64,000 nt of DNA from a virus: positions 49,681 to 113,680 of the IMG/VR virus record IMGVR_UViG_3300020159_001521; one strand, written 5' to 3'. The translations under genes were made by a program, and so were the position numbers. The notes below the pieces were generated by a model. It was not told where the DNA came from and did not search any database. It saw only the letters and a program-made list of their open reading frames with translations. Positions 36,401 through 43,478 of the stretch are shown piece by piece (position 1 is the first letter of the stretch; each line of letters opens with the position of its first letter).

Positions 36401-38109
36401 GTAACTGGATTTACAGAACCAGCAACAGTAGTTGAAACAGATGCCCCAGCTATAGAATCAGCAAAAGCAGTTATTGAAGAACCCGTAAATATACCACTAG
36501 CAACAAGATAGTTTTGTAATGAAGTATAAGCAAAAGCAGTTGGAAATGTAGTTGCATCAGCTCTTTGGGCCTCAAATCTTTTATTCGAGTTATTCAAATA
36601 AAGCAGAGCATCTCTAGAGAAGTTAGAAGAAGAACCTCTACTATAAATAGTGTTTGTAACAACGGAAGGAATAGTGTTAACTGCTGTAGAGAATATAGAC
36701 CAAACTGGTAGAGCTATATCTGTAACACTTAAGAAATCATCCACACCATCAAACCTTATCGAAGCCTTCCCATTCTCTCTCTCTATAACTCCACCACCAA
36801 CAATTCTTGGTTGGTTGGCAGCTGTAGATTGAGAGGCGTCTCTTCTGAGGATGGCTGCAGTTGTGGTCACTTGATAGGGTTGTAGCCAACTAGATTGAGA
36901 GAGTTGAGCGCCCCAAATGAAAACGCTTTCTGAAGCAAAAAGTTGAAACGAAGCAACAGAAGCTACACCAACAGTTAAACATGTTGTACCAACATAAAGT
37001 CTAACCCACCCATTTGGCAATATTTGTCTACCAAAAAAAGCACAACTAGAAGAAATTGCATCTGTATCAAAGTTATAAGTGACTTGAGGATAACCAACAG
37101 AAGCACCCCATTTAGCGTTCATTTGAGCCAAATCGCCACTTAGATCTAAATGTAAAGATACAGTTGATGTAGATGTTTTCTTTATATAAGCAGAAAATGT
37201 GTAAAAGGATCCAGCTGTTTTAGTATAAGTCTGACCTAATCTAGAAACAACTCCCGAAGTATATGTTATAGTGTCTGCAGTTAGAGTGCTGTTTGGTGCT
37301 GTTGTAGAATTTGGAGTGACTGTAGCTATCGAACCAAACCCAGCATTATTAGCCCACGCAGCATTTTCAAATTGCTCAGAAAATGTCAACAAATTCTCTC
37401 CATTACTATCTTGTGTATACCATTTAGTAACAAATCCATCCCCCGAACGGGCAGCACTTATGGTCACTTGATATGGTTGAGCTGTGATGCCAGCGTTTAG
37501 TTGGGCGCCCCAAATTAATAAGTCAGCCGACGAAGTGCTGCTTCTTACTATTGATTGAAAGTTACCAGCAACAGCAACAAATGAAAATGTAAATCTTTGC
37601 CAGTCATTAGTAGCAGTAAAATTTCCGCTTACTATACTCCCATTACACGGAGCCATAGCAAACTGCTGGTTAACACCAGTGTTTGACTTAGCCCAAACAG
37701 ACATTGTGTAACTCTGCCCAACAGTTAACGCAATATTTTGATCTAACCAATAAGGTAAAGCTGTACTAAGAAGCCTAGAAGCTGTATTCCCACCTAATGG
37801 ATCTGTCCCAGCATTTGCGGTTATTGTAACACTTGCCTTACCCCAGCTAGCACTTGTAAATTCTTGACTAACCCTAAACAGATTCTCATAACCAACAAAG
37901 TTCATCAGAGCTGTTTCATCAATTGCACCTCCACTAAATCCAATATCTTGTTCTGCATTATCAAATGATCTTCTCACCCTAACAGCAGATCCACCGTATG
38001 CACTGCTTAAGAGCCTTGTAGAATAGGCTGCTGCAGCTCCTCCAAATGTATCAAGAGGAGGAACTATATTCCCACGAGAAGAAGCAATTATGCCTAATGT
38101 TAAACTCAT
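33487..38109 (-). CDS. large multi-domain lectin-like spike/receptor-binding protein (~1540 aa)
   Basis: Three repeats of AAAYS.R.L...Y.G...RVRRS.DN.E.DI ... W ... QPRIV (LamG/arabinofuranosidase-B-like) plus four NLL..S..F...W...WGAQL modules; likely start MSLTLGIIASS at 38109. Confidence 0.8.
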   Translation of the reverse strand: MSLTLGIIASSRGNIVPPLDTFGGAAAAYSTRLLSSAYGGSAVRVRRSFDNAEQDIGFSGGAIDETALMNFVGYENLFRVSQEFTSASWGKASVTITANAGTDPLGGNTASRLLSTALPYWLDQNIALTVGQSYTMSVWAKSNTGVNQQFAMAPCNGSIVSGNFTATNDWQRFTFSFVAVAGNFQSIVRSSTSSADLLIWGAQLNAGITAQPYQVTISAARSGDGFVTKWYTQDSNGENLLTFSEQFENAAWANNAGFGSIATVTPNSTTAPNSTLTADTITYTSGVVSRLGQTYTKTAGSFYTFSAYIKKTSTSTVSLHLDLSGDLAQMNAKWGASVGYPQVTYNFDTDAISSSCAFFGRQILPNGWVRLYVGTTCLTVGVASVASFQLFASESVFIWGAQLSQSSWLQPYQVTTTAAILRRDASQSTAANQPRIVGGGVIERENGKASIRFDGVDDFLSVTDIALPVWSIFSTAVNTIPSVVTNTIYSRGSSSNFSRDALLYLNNSNKRFEAQRADATTFPTAFAYTSLQNYLVASGIFTGSSITAFADSIAGASVSTTVAGSVNPVTQIGATRGSLNANEIFMGGEIGEIIVYNSDRTSTRADIERNIGAYYQTHWTGASSGLLDQFGGAAAAYSLRNLSSSYRGPLIRVRRSSDNAETDIGGTYSGDLDVASLLSFTGGQNLLTNSEDFTNAVWTKVGSTITANATIAPDGTLTADKITETAVGGQHAAYQGSNVPASSTYTLSFYAKAAERSKIFVVFYLSSGTYSNFNSYFDLSNGTVYKNGSDAAAVFISSSIQSVGNGWYRCSVTGNTNTIGNHSVQIEILDNSFQRFYIGTAGSGIYVWGAQLNTGILQPYIPTTTTAVNGANAFVTKWYTQDNNYQNLLLQSQTFENASWSKSNSSITQDSTAAPDGTLTADKLNETAVNDQHWIGQTYSIATASTFTVSFYLKAAERTFASVGMFLGSAPFDYFGCVFNLSNGTVFSSNATGASVNLGNSITPVGDGWYRCTVTGNTNKTGAHIIQCGLLTNGSTFSYLGVVGSGVYIWGAQLSEGTLQPYTATTTTVSQRRDAIQATAASQPRIVNSGGVESEGNKPSLFFDGTDSFTMPNIETSNLDWSMFYTARSNSPSAIGFGVGSVTGPPSVFFGRYSDGNLYLQNDGSTDYYYTVSELSTTFNLTSGFSRGSSANAFLNGVQLSLSGPLTYTSLSSSFNLIGGLALERSNAEASELVLYMSNQLSNRPTISSNINSYYQIYWQGNGTALLDNYSGASAAYSLRNLSSAYTGPLIRVRRSSDNVERDIYGTFGGDLDIASLVAFVGANSGFVTTWYDQSGNARNAVQGTAANQPRIVNAGVVDTENGKPAVFFDGTNDNFNIPNGLNTLQNVGYANMFSVVTNNPAAAIAKVIIFFSTSSGTVRFGPYIDGSVYKIDARRLDGDTVSALTGSISINAQALLYSAIQYLTSDGFQYVNGVIDGSNTSFLTDGTTSNTASSFATLGGVGGSFTFNGEMQEIILYTTNQLPSRIPIQSNINNYYKIY

Positions 38110-38117
38110 ATAATGAT

Positions 38118-39587
38118 TTATACAGTTATGTCTCCAAATAAATACCACTCATCTGTTCCTATCTTCACAAGAGAAGCACCGCTATATTGAGCAGCGAGTT
38201 TAAGAGCTCCAAGAGCACTTCTCACAGTTACACCTGCTCCTGGAACAATTGATGTTTGTCCTGCTCCATATTGAGCTATGTCTATTTTTGTTCCTATTGG
38301 GAATGTTATTGAGCTGTTTGGTGGAACAGTGAGAGTGTTTGCTGCTCCAACGTTTGTTTCAACCAACTTACCTCTATCAGCCAAAGCAAGTGTATATGAT
38401 GCAGTTTGTCTGTTTGTAGTGATGGTTTCTCGCAACACTCCATTTATTAACAATCCACCACCTAGAAAATTATCAGCTGTACCTTGTCCATATAATCCCC
38501 AGCCTGTGTTATTAGACCATTCAATACTCCTCCAATCTGCTGCAGCGGTCAATGTAGGTTGAACATATAAACCTCTTGTTATACCATTTGCCCCTCCTGC
38601 TTGATTAATAGTAGGATTAAGCAATGCCAAAATTGTAGTAGCGTTTCCACTTGTAGGAGCAAAAGTTTCAGTTCCCTGTATAACTATATTACCACCACTT
38701 GTTCTTACAACATTTGCACTATGGTTTGCAAGTAATACATTCGTTGCATTAAAATATGTTTGTAAAGTGATTACATTACTACTCGCCCAATTTGCTTCTA
38801 ATAAAATATTTTGATTTTGTTGTGCCCTTAAAGTATTTGAGTTAAGAGTAGGAGTTGTTAATGAACTTCTTGAAAATGCATCACCATTATTAGATATTTG
38901 AAATTGGGTAACTCCACCTAAATTTCTGGTAATAAAATGTAATGTATTTAAATTATCTGTTCCTGTAATATTTAAAATATCAGTAAAAAGACTTGTTCCA
39001 TTAACCTGCAATCTCTGACCACCGTCTAAGAATGTACCTCCGTTTTGAAGAACTACATTTCTTGTAATACCGAACATAGTCATTCCTACTGTGTCATTTG
39101 TACCGAATGTTAATGGTGCAGTTGTTCCTGTTAAGAATGTAAGACCGTTTACAAGTGATGAACTTGACCGAAACCTTGCTTGATTAGCTGATAATGTACT
39201 GTGATTTGAGCCGAATACTTGTAATGATAAACCTCCTACATTGCTTAATATAAGTATATCTGAGATAGCACTTGTTCCTGTCGATGGATTACTTATAAGC
39301 ATTCTTACAGTTCCATCAACTGTTTTTACTATACTTAAATCATTTGAAGGCGTATTAGTCCCAATCCCCAACCTCCCTTGAGCATTATCCCAAAACAGAT
39401 TATTAGATCCTGTAATGTTTGTAGCAGCATTCCAGAATGTCACTTGACCATTTGCACCACCACCTGTAATAGTGCCACCACCACCACCACCGCCTGAAGC
39501 AGCTGTTACAGCAGCGAGTCTATCAAGTTGCATTGATATATTGTATAGGAGATTAGATTCCTGACTCCAACCTATTTGTCTTGGCAT
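38118..39587 (-). CDS. fibre/adaptor protein
   Basis: GRLGIGT repeats; C-terminal QTASYTL..AD...FPIGT...QYGAG...W.LFGD module. Confidence 0.75.
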   Translation of the reverse strand: MPRQIGWSQESNLLYNISMQLDRLAAVTAASGGGGGGGTITGGGANGQVTFWNAATNITGSNNLFWDNAQGRLGIGTNTPSNDLSIVKTVDGTVRMLISNPSTGTSAISDILILSNVGGLSLQVFGSNHSTLSANQARFRSSSSLVNGLTFLTGTTAPLTFGTNDTVGMTMFGITRNVVLQNGGTFLDGGQRLQVNGTSLFTDILNITGTDNLNTLHFITRNLGGVTQFQISNNGDAFSRSSLTTPTLNSNTLRAQQNQNILLEANWASSNVITLQTYFNATNVLLANHSANVVRTSGGNIVIQGTETFAPTSGNATTILALLNPTINQAGGANGITRGLYVQPTLTAAADWRSIEWSNNTGWGLYGQGTADNFLGGGLLINGVLRETITTNRQTASYTLALADRGKLVETNVGAANTLTVPPNSSITFPIGTKIDIAQYGAGQTSIVPGAGVTVRSALGALKLAAQYSGASLVKIGTDEWYLFGDITV

Positions 39588-39589
39588 AA

Positions 39590-40555
39590 TTAATAAGTTT
39601 TATTTAATACAAAAATATCACTGTATATACTGTTTCCTGCATTGTTACTTCCCCACTGAACTGTGATGTTTAATGTATTACTGATTGTGGTGTTAAATGT
39701 TGTATTGTTAACTACGTTAAATGCAAATCCTTGAACTGATGCATTACTTGTTTTAGCGTAATGGAATGTTCCTAAAGAGACGATAGATGCTACGCCAGCT
39801 GTTCCTAGTTGTCTGATTGTGAAATCTACGTTTAAAGAAAACACATCATTTGTAATATTTGTAATTGGTTGAGCTCCACTGTCTAATAAAATGACAGATC
39901 CTGTTTTCACTCTAATTCTTATAGTTTGGTTGTTGGCAGCGTTTAACACTCCTCCCATAATAGCTCTGAAGCTATCTCCAACAGCAAATCCATTAGCTGG
40001 AACACTTAATGTTCCTACACCTCCATTTATTAATGATGTCTCTACTGTTGTTCCTGTTACGGGAGTGCTGTTAGCTGTCTCAGCAAATAGTCCACCACTA
40101 CTTATAGGACCTGGAGGACCTTGAATACCTTGCACACCCTGAACACCTTGTATTCCTTGAATACCTTGAATGCCTTGAGGACCCTGAGGTCCTTGCAGAT
40201 CACCTACATCATCCCAAGTGGTTGTTGCTGTATTCCATACATATAGAGAACCATCAGATTCAATAATCCAAGCTGTGCCTGCTGCACCAGGACTACCGCC
40301 AGCTCCTGCTAAGAATGCTGCAAGAGTGGGATAGGAACCAAGCACTGTAAGAGCAGCACCTGTTTCTCCTTGAGGTCCTTGCACACCTTGGATTCCTTGT
40401 ATACCTTGAGGACCAGGAACACCTTGAGGACCTTGTGGGCCTACAATAACAGATGCAACATCTTTTATGAGAAGGTCTAAATTAAGCCAGCCCTTGTAAC
40501 CGTTGCACGGTTTACAAACACTTTCCCAAAATCCAGTTTTGACGAACGTAGGCAT
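39590..40555 (-). CDS. collagen-like fibre protein
   Basis: Two G-X-Q triplet tracts (GPQ/GIQ/GVQ) and a C-terminal beta-rich domain. Confidence 0.85.
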   Translation of the reverse strand: MPTFVKTGFWESVCKPCNGYKGWLNLDLLIKDVASVIVGPQGPQGVPGPQGIQGIQGVQGPQGETGAALTVLGSYPTLAAFLAGAGGSPGAAGTAWIIESDGSLYVWNTATTTWDDVGDLQGPQGPQGIQGIQGIQGVQGVQGIQGPPGPISSGGLFAETANSTPVTGTTVETSLINGGVGTLSVPANGFAVGDSFRAIMGGVLNAANNQTIRIRVKTGSVILLDSGAQPITNITNDVFSLNVDFTIRQLGTAGVASIVSLGTFHYAKTSNASVQGFAFNVVNNTTFNTTISNTLNITVQWGSNNAGNSIYSDIFVLNKTY

Positions 40556-40638
40556 CTTAATTTATTAAAATGTTATAAAGGTATGATAATTGATATTATC
40601 TACAATGTCATTAATAAAATTTAGTTTAACCAAAAAGA

Positions 40639-40767
40639 TTAATTTCCCTGTCCTCTGTATTTGCTAACAGGTTTATCTTTTGGTCCTCTGCTCTTTTGAG
40701 CTTTTCCTTTCTTTCTTTTTCCAAAGGTGAGCTTCTTAGACTCTCCTGATGATTTTAACTTTGCCAT
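40639..40767 (-). CDS. small Lys-rich protein (42 aa)
   Basis: Translated manually: MAKLKSSGESKKLTFGKRKKGKAQKSRGPKDKPVSKYRGQGN. Confidence 0.65.
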   Translation of the reverse strand: MAKLKSSGESKKLTFGKRKKGKAQKSRGPKDKPVSKYRGQGN

Positions 40768-40785
40768 AACTTATTGATTTTCAAG

Positions 40786-41538
40786 TTAATTTTTTCTCTT
40801 ACCGTCATCTTGAGTGGCATATTTAATACCCATAATTGTTCCTACTATTGAAAAAGCATTTGTTAATAGTACACTAAACATGTTACTCCAAGTTGAACCA
40901 ATGATCTGTGTATCCTTACCAGTGATCATAGCCATCCAATATAAAGCGGTTGTTATAACACCCACCCCAACAATTACTATCAAAGCAACCACTACAATTG
41001 TCTTAATTAACTCGGATTGACTTTTCTTCATCAGTACATCCAAGTCATTTAACGCAGCATTCTTCTCTACTTCAATTGCATTTTTCAGTTGCTGTGATTT
41101 ATCTAACTCAGTTTGCAAATCTTTTGAAAGAGCGTCTATTTTATTTTTGCTATTGACAGTTTCTGTTATGTCAGTGGCAATCTTCATAACCTTAGTGATA
41201 GTACCGCTTTCATCAAATATTGGGTTGTAAGTTGCTTGTAGATAGATAGAACTTCCGTCAATTTTCTTTCTCTCAAACTCACCTTCATAGAACTTACCGT
41301 TCTTTAAGGTTTCCCAAAACTTTTTATACTCATCCGATTTTGAATATTCGTAGCTAACAAAAATGCTATGGTGTTTTCCAATGAGTTGTTTGTGGTCGCC
41401 CTCCTCATATCCCATCGCTGATAGGAATATAGAATTCATACCTAATATATAACCGTCAAGGTCAAAATATATAATGGCATTACTTCTATTGATTGCTTCA
41501 AGCCTACTTAATAACTCTTCTTTAGATAGGTTTTTCAT
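40786..41538 (-). CDS. PAS-PAC sensor domain + coiled coil + two transmembrane helices
   Basis: AINRSNAIIYFDLDG.I...N..FL..MGY...GKHHSIFV...FWETL..G....GEF.R...G..I.LQATYNPI.D..G...KVMKIATDIT, as in BdlA/chemoreceptor PAS domains; two hydrophobic C-terminal segments. Confidence 0.88.
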   Translation of the reverse strand: MKNLSKEELLSRLEAINRSNAIIYFDLDGYILGMNSIFLSAMGYEEGDHKQLIGKHHSIFVSYEYSKSDEYKKFWETLKNGKFYEGEFERKKIDGSSIYLQATYNPIFDESGTITKVMKIATDITETVNSKNKIDALSKDLQTELDKSQQLKNAIEVEKNAALNDLDVLMKKSQSELIKTIVVVALIVIVGVGVITTALYWMAMITGKDTQIIGSTWSNMFSVLLTNAFSIVGTIMGIKYATQDDGKRKN

Positions 41539-41814
41539 TTATTGAGCTGTTACGCTATCAATAACTACACTATCAACAATCTCAATATCTGTAATTTCTA
41601 CAGGAACAGCTACACTATCAGCAGGAGCAGTAGCAAAAGCATCGCTTACAAAGTTGATAATTGCTTCAAAGTTCAATGACTCTTCGCTAATATATCCTTT
41701 CTGAGTAGCAAATACTCCAGCAGCAATAACCACTGCAGATAGAATGATTACAATAGGCTTTTTACCTTTGAACTTACCGATTAAGGGCAACAGTTTACTT
41801 ATTAAATTTTTCAT
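41539..41814 (-). CDS. small membrane protein with acidic tail
   Basis: Basic N-terminus, one TM segment, DSV repeats; its stop abuts the PAS gene ATG. Confidence 0.7.
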   Translation of the reverse strand: MKNLISKLLPLIGKFKGKKPIVIILSAVVIAAGVFATQKGYISEESLNFEAIINFVSDAFATAPADSVAVPVEITDIEIVDSVVIDSVTAQ

Positions 41815-41818
41815 ACTT

Positions 41819-42076
41819 TTAATTTATGTTTTCGTTATTATCTTTTTTGTTAATGAACTTATCTACAGATGCTATACCAAAGGAACCTAAAGTTAACCAC
41901 AGGAATGAATTGAATATAAAGTCTTGCACTACTAATTCCTTACCTAAAGCACCAGTGATGATGTCAGCAAAAGCAAACCCAACCATCATTAGGAATGCTA
42001 AAAAACCAATGAATGATTTTTCATTTATGTTGTTGTCATCACTGAATAGCGATTCAAAGAACTTCTTCATTTTCAA
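41819..42076 (-). CDS. putative holin (2 TM)
   Basis: Two TM helices and a charged C-terminus; immediately after the endolysin. Confidence 0.65.
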   Translation of the reverse strand: MKMKKFFESLFSDDNNINEKSFIGFLAFLMMVGFAFADIITGALGKELVVQDFIFNSFLWLTLGSFGIASVDKFINKKDNNENIN

Positions 42077-42538
42077 TCATTTAAAGGGTACGTAAGATGT
42101 CTTTCCACCAGATTTAACAGCCTTCAAGATTTGCTTACGTTGCTTACCAGTTGATTCATAAGATACATGTACCCAGTCAGGATTATTGTCTGTACCAAAT
42201 TCCCAAATAAGTTGATCAAATACTAAGTTATTCTTAATAAAATCAAATATTTGTTTGTTAGTAATAGAGGTGCCATCCATATCCAGGTCAATCGCTTCGC
42301 CCGAACAATGTTGTGAACTTAAACTTCCCCCAATCGCAACATTGAGCTCTTTTGATCTGTAGCCAGAACTGATGTGGATGGGCACTTTAAAATGTTCTCT
42401 TATAGGCTCAAATATATTCTCAGCCAGCTTCTTAAAGTTCTCCAGATGTTCTCCAGAAGGAGTGTTGTTAATACCTTTACGTTTAGCAGTTTCACTTCTG
42501 CTCACCTCAGCTAGAGATAGATGTTTTGAAATTTGCAT
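42077..42538 (-). CDS. endolysin, peptidase M15 family
   Basis: ISSGYRS..LN..IGG..SSQH..GEAID, DQLIWEF, WVHVSY. Confidence 0.9.
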   Translation of the reverse strand: MQISKHLSLAEVSRSETAKRKGINNTPSGEHLENFKKLAENIFEPIREHFKVPIHISSGYRSKELNVAIGGSLSSQHCSGEAIDLDMDGTSITNKQIFDFIKNNLVFDQLIWEFGTDNNPDWVHVSYESTGKQRKQILKAVKSGGKTSYVPFK

Positions 42539-42544
42539 AGTTTA

Positions 42545-43156
42545 TTATTTTTTAAGTTTTATTTTCCAATAAGCTCCTGCACCATATTGTAGAGCACCTT
42601 GTGTATTTATTCCTAAAGAACCTCCAAACAGAAAATCATTTTTAGTTTTTAGAATTGCTCCCATACCTATTTGATTGATTTCAGGAGATGCTTGGATGGT
42701 TCCTCCTACATATAGTTGCGTTACTTTTTTTGCAGGTAGGGTGATAGTTTCTTTTATAATAGGATAGCGAATGTTCACCTGTGAAGACCTACCTGTAATA
42801 ATGTTCTTTTGAACAGTGTCTGTAATAAATACATACCCATTACTGTCTATACGTATACTATCTGAGTGGATGTTCTTGGCTAGTAGTGTATTTACTACCT
42901 CCTGATATTGAATAAGAAGTTTGGCGTAGTTAGTATCTGGTATATAATGGTTGATTATAGTGTCATGTGATTCCACCTGAATAGTGTTGATCACTTTTGG
43001 TTTACTAACTATCAAAGAATCCTTGACAACCCATGTAGTATCTCTCACCACTGTAGGCACTCCAGGATCTACAGATTGGGAACATTTCTGAAGAAGGATG
43101 GTTGCTAGTAATACAACTATTAGTATTTTAAAAAAGTTGTTCTTTATAAACTGCAT
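42545..43156 (-). CDS. putative spanin-like membrane protein
   Basis: N-terminal TM ending LLQKC, DT/DS-rich linker, C-terminal amphipathic beta strands; upstream of the endolysin. Confidence 0.55.
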   Translation of the reverse strand: MQFIKNNFFKILIVVLLATILLQKCSQSVDPGVPTVVRDTTWVVKDSLIVSKPKVINTIQVESHDTIINHYIPDTNYAKLLIQYQEVVNTLLAKNIHSDSIRIDSNGYVFITDTVQKNIITGRSSQVNIRYPIIKETITLPAKKVTQLYVGGTIQASPEINQIGMGAILKTKNDFLFGGSLGINTQGALQYGAGAYWKIKLKK

Positions 43157-43157
43157 A

Positions 43158-43469
43158 TTAACCTTTTAGATTATAATAAATAGTAGAGATGTACTGACCT
43201 AGAAGCAAAAGTGCACCTATGATGGATATAACCCAGTAAACCTTCTTTCTGAAGTATTCATCTCTTTGTTGCTTCTTCTCAAGAATATAAATCTTTTCTT
43301 TCAACACTTCAATATCATCCACAAAGCCTCCTCTCTTTGTTAAGGAGTTACCAAGGATTGCCTCAACCACTTGATTCAATTTTTTATCGATAGAATCTAT
43401 TTTCTCTTCCATCTCTGTGAGTCTAATTTCCATCTGAGAAAGTTCTGCTGTTATGTTGCTGTTTTCCAT
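43158..43469 (-). CDS. coiled-coil + C-terminal TM protein (holin/antiholin-like)
   Basis: Heptad-rich N-terminus and a single TM; first gene of the lysis cassette. Confidence 0.55.
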   Translation of the reverse strand: MENSNITAELSQMEIRLTEMEEKIDSIDKKLNQVVEAILGNSLTKRGGFVDDIEVLKEKIYILEKKQQRDEYFRKKVYWVISIIGALLLLGQYISTIYYNLKG

Positions 43470-43478
43470 GAGTAGTTA

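Noticed and set aside
40100-40445. Short tandem repeats as a CRISPR array or VNTR
   Set aside because: They are 9-nt-period codons for collagen G-X-Q triplets, with no repeat-spacer structure.
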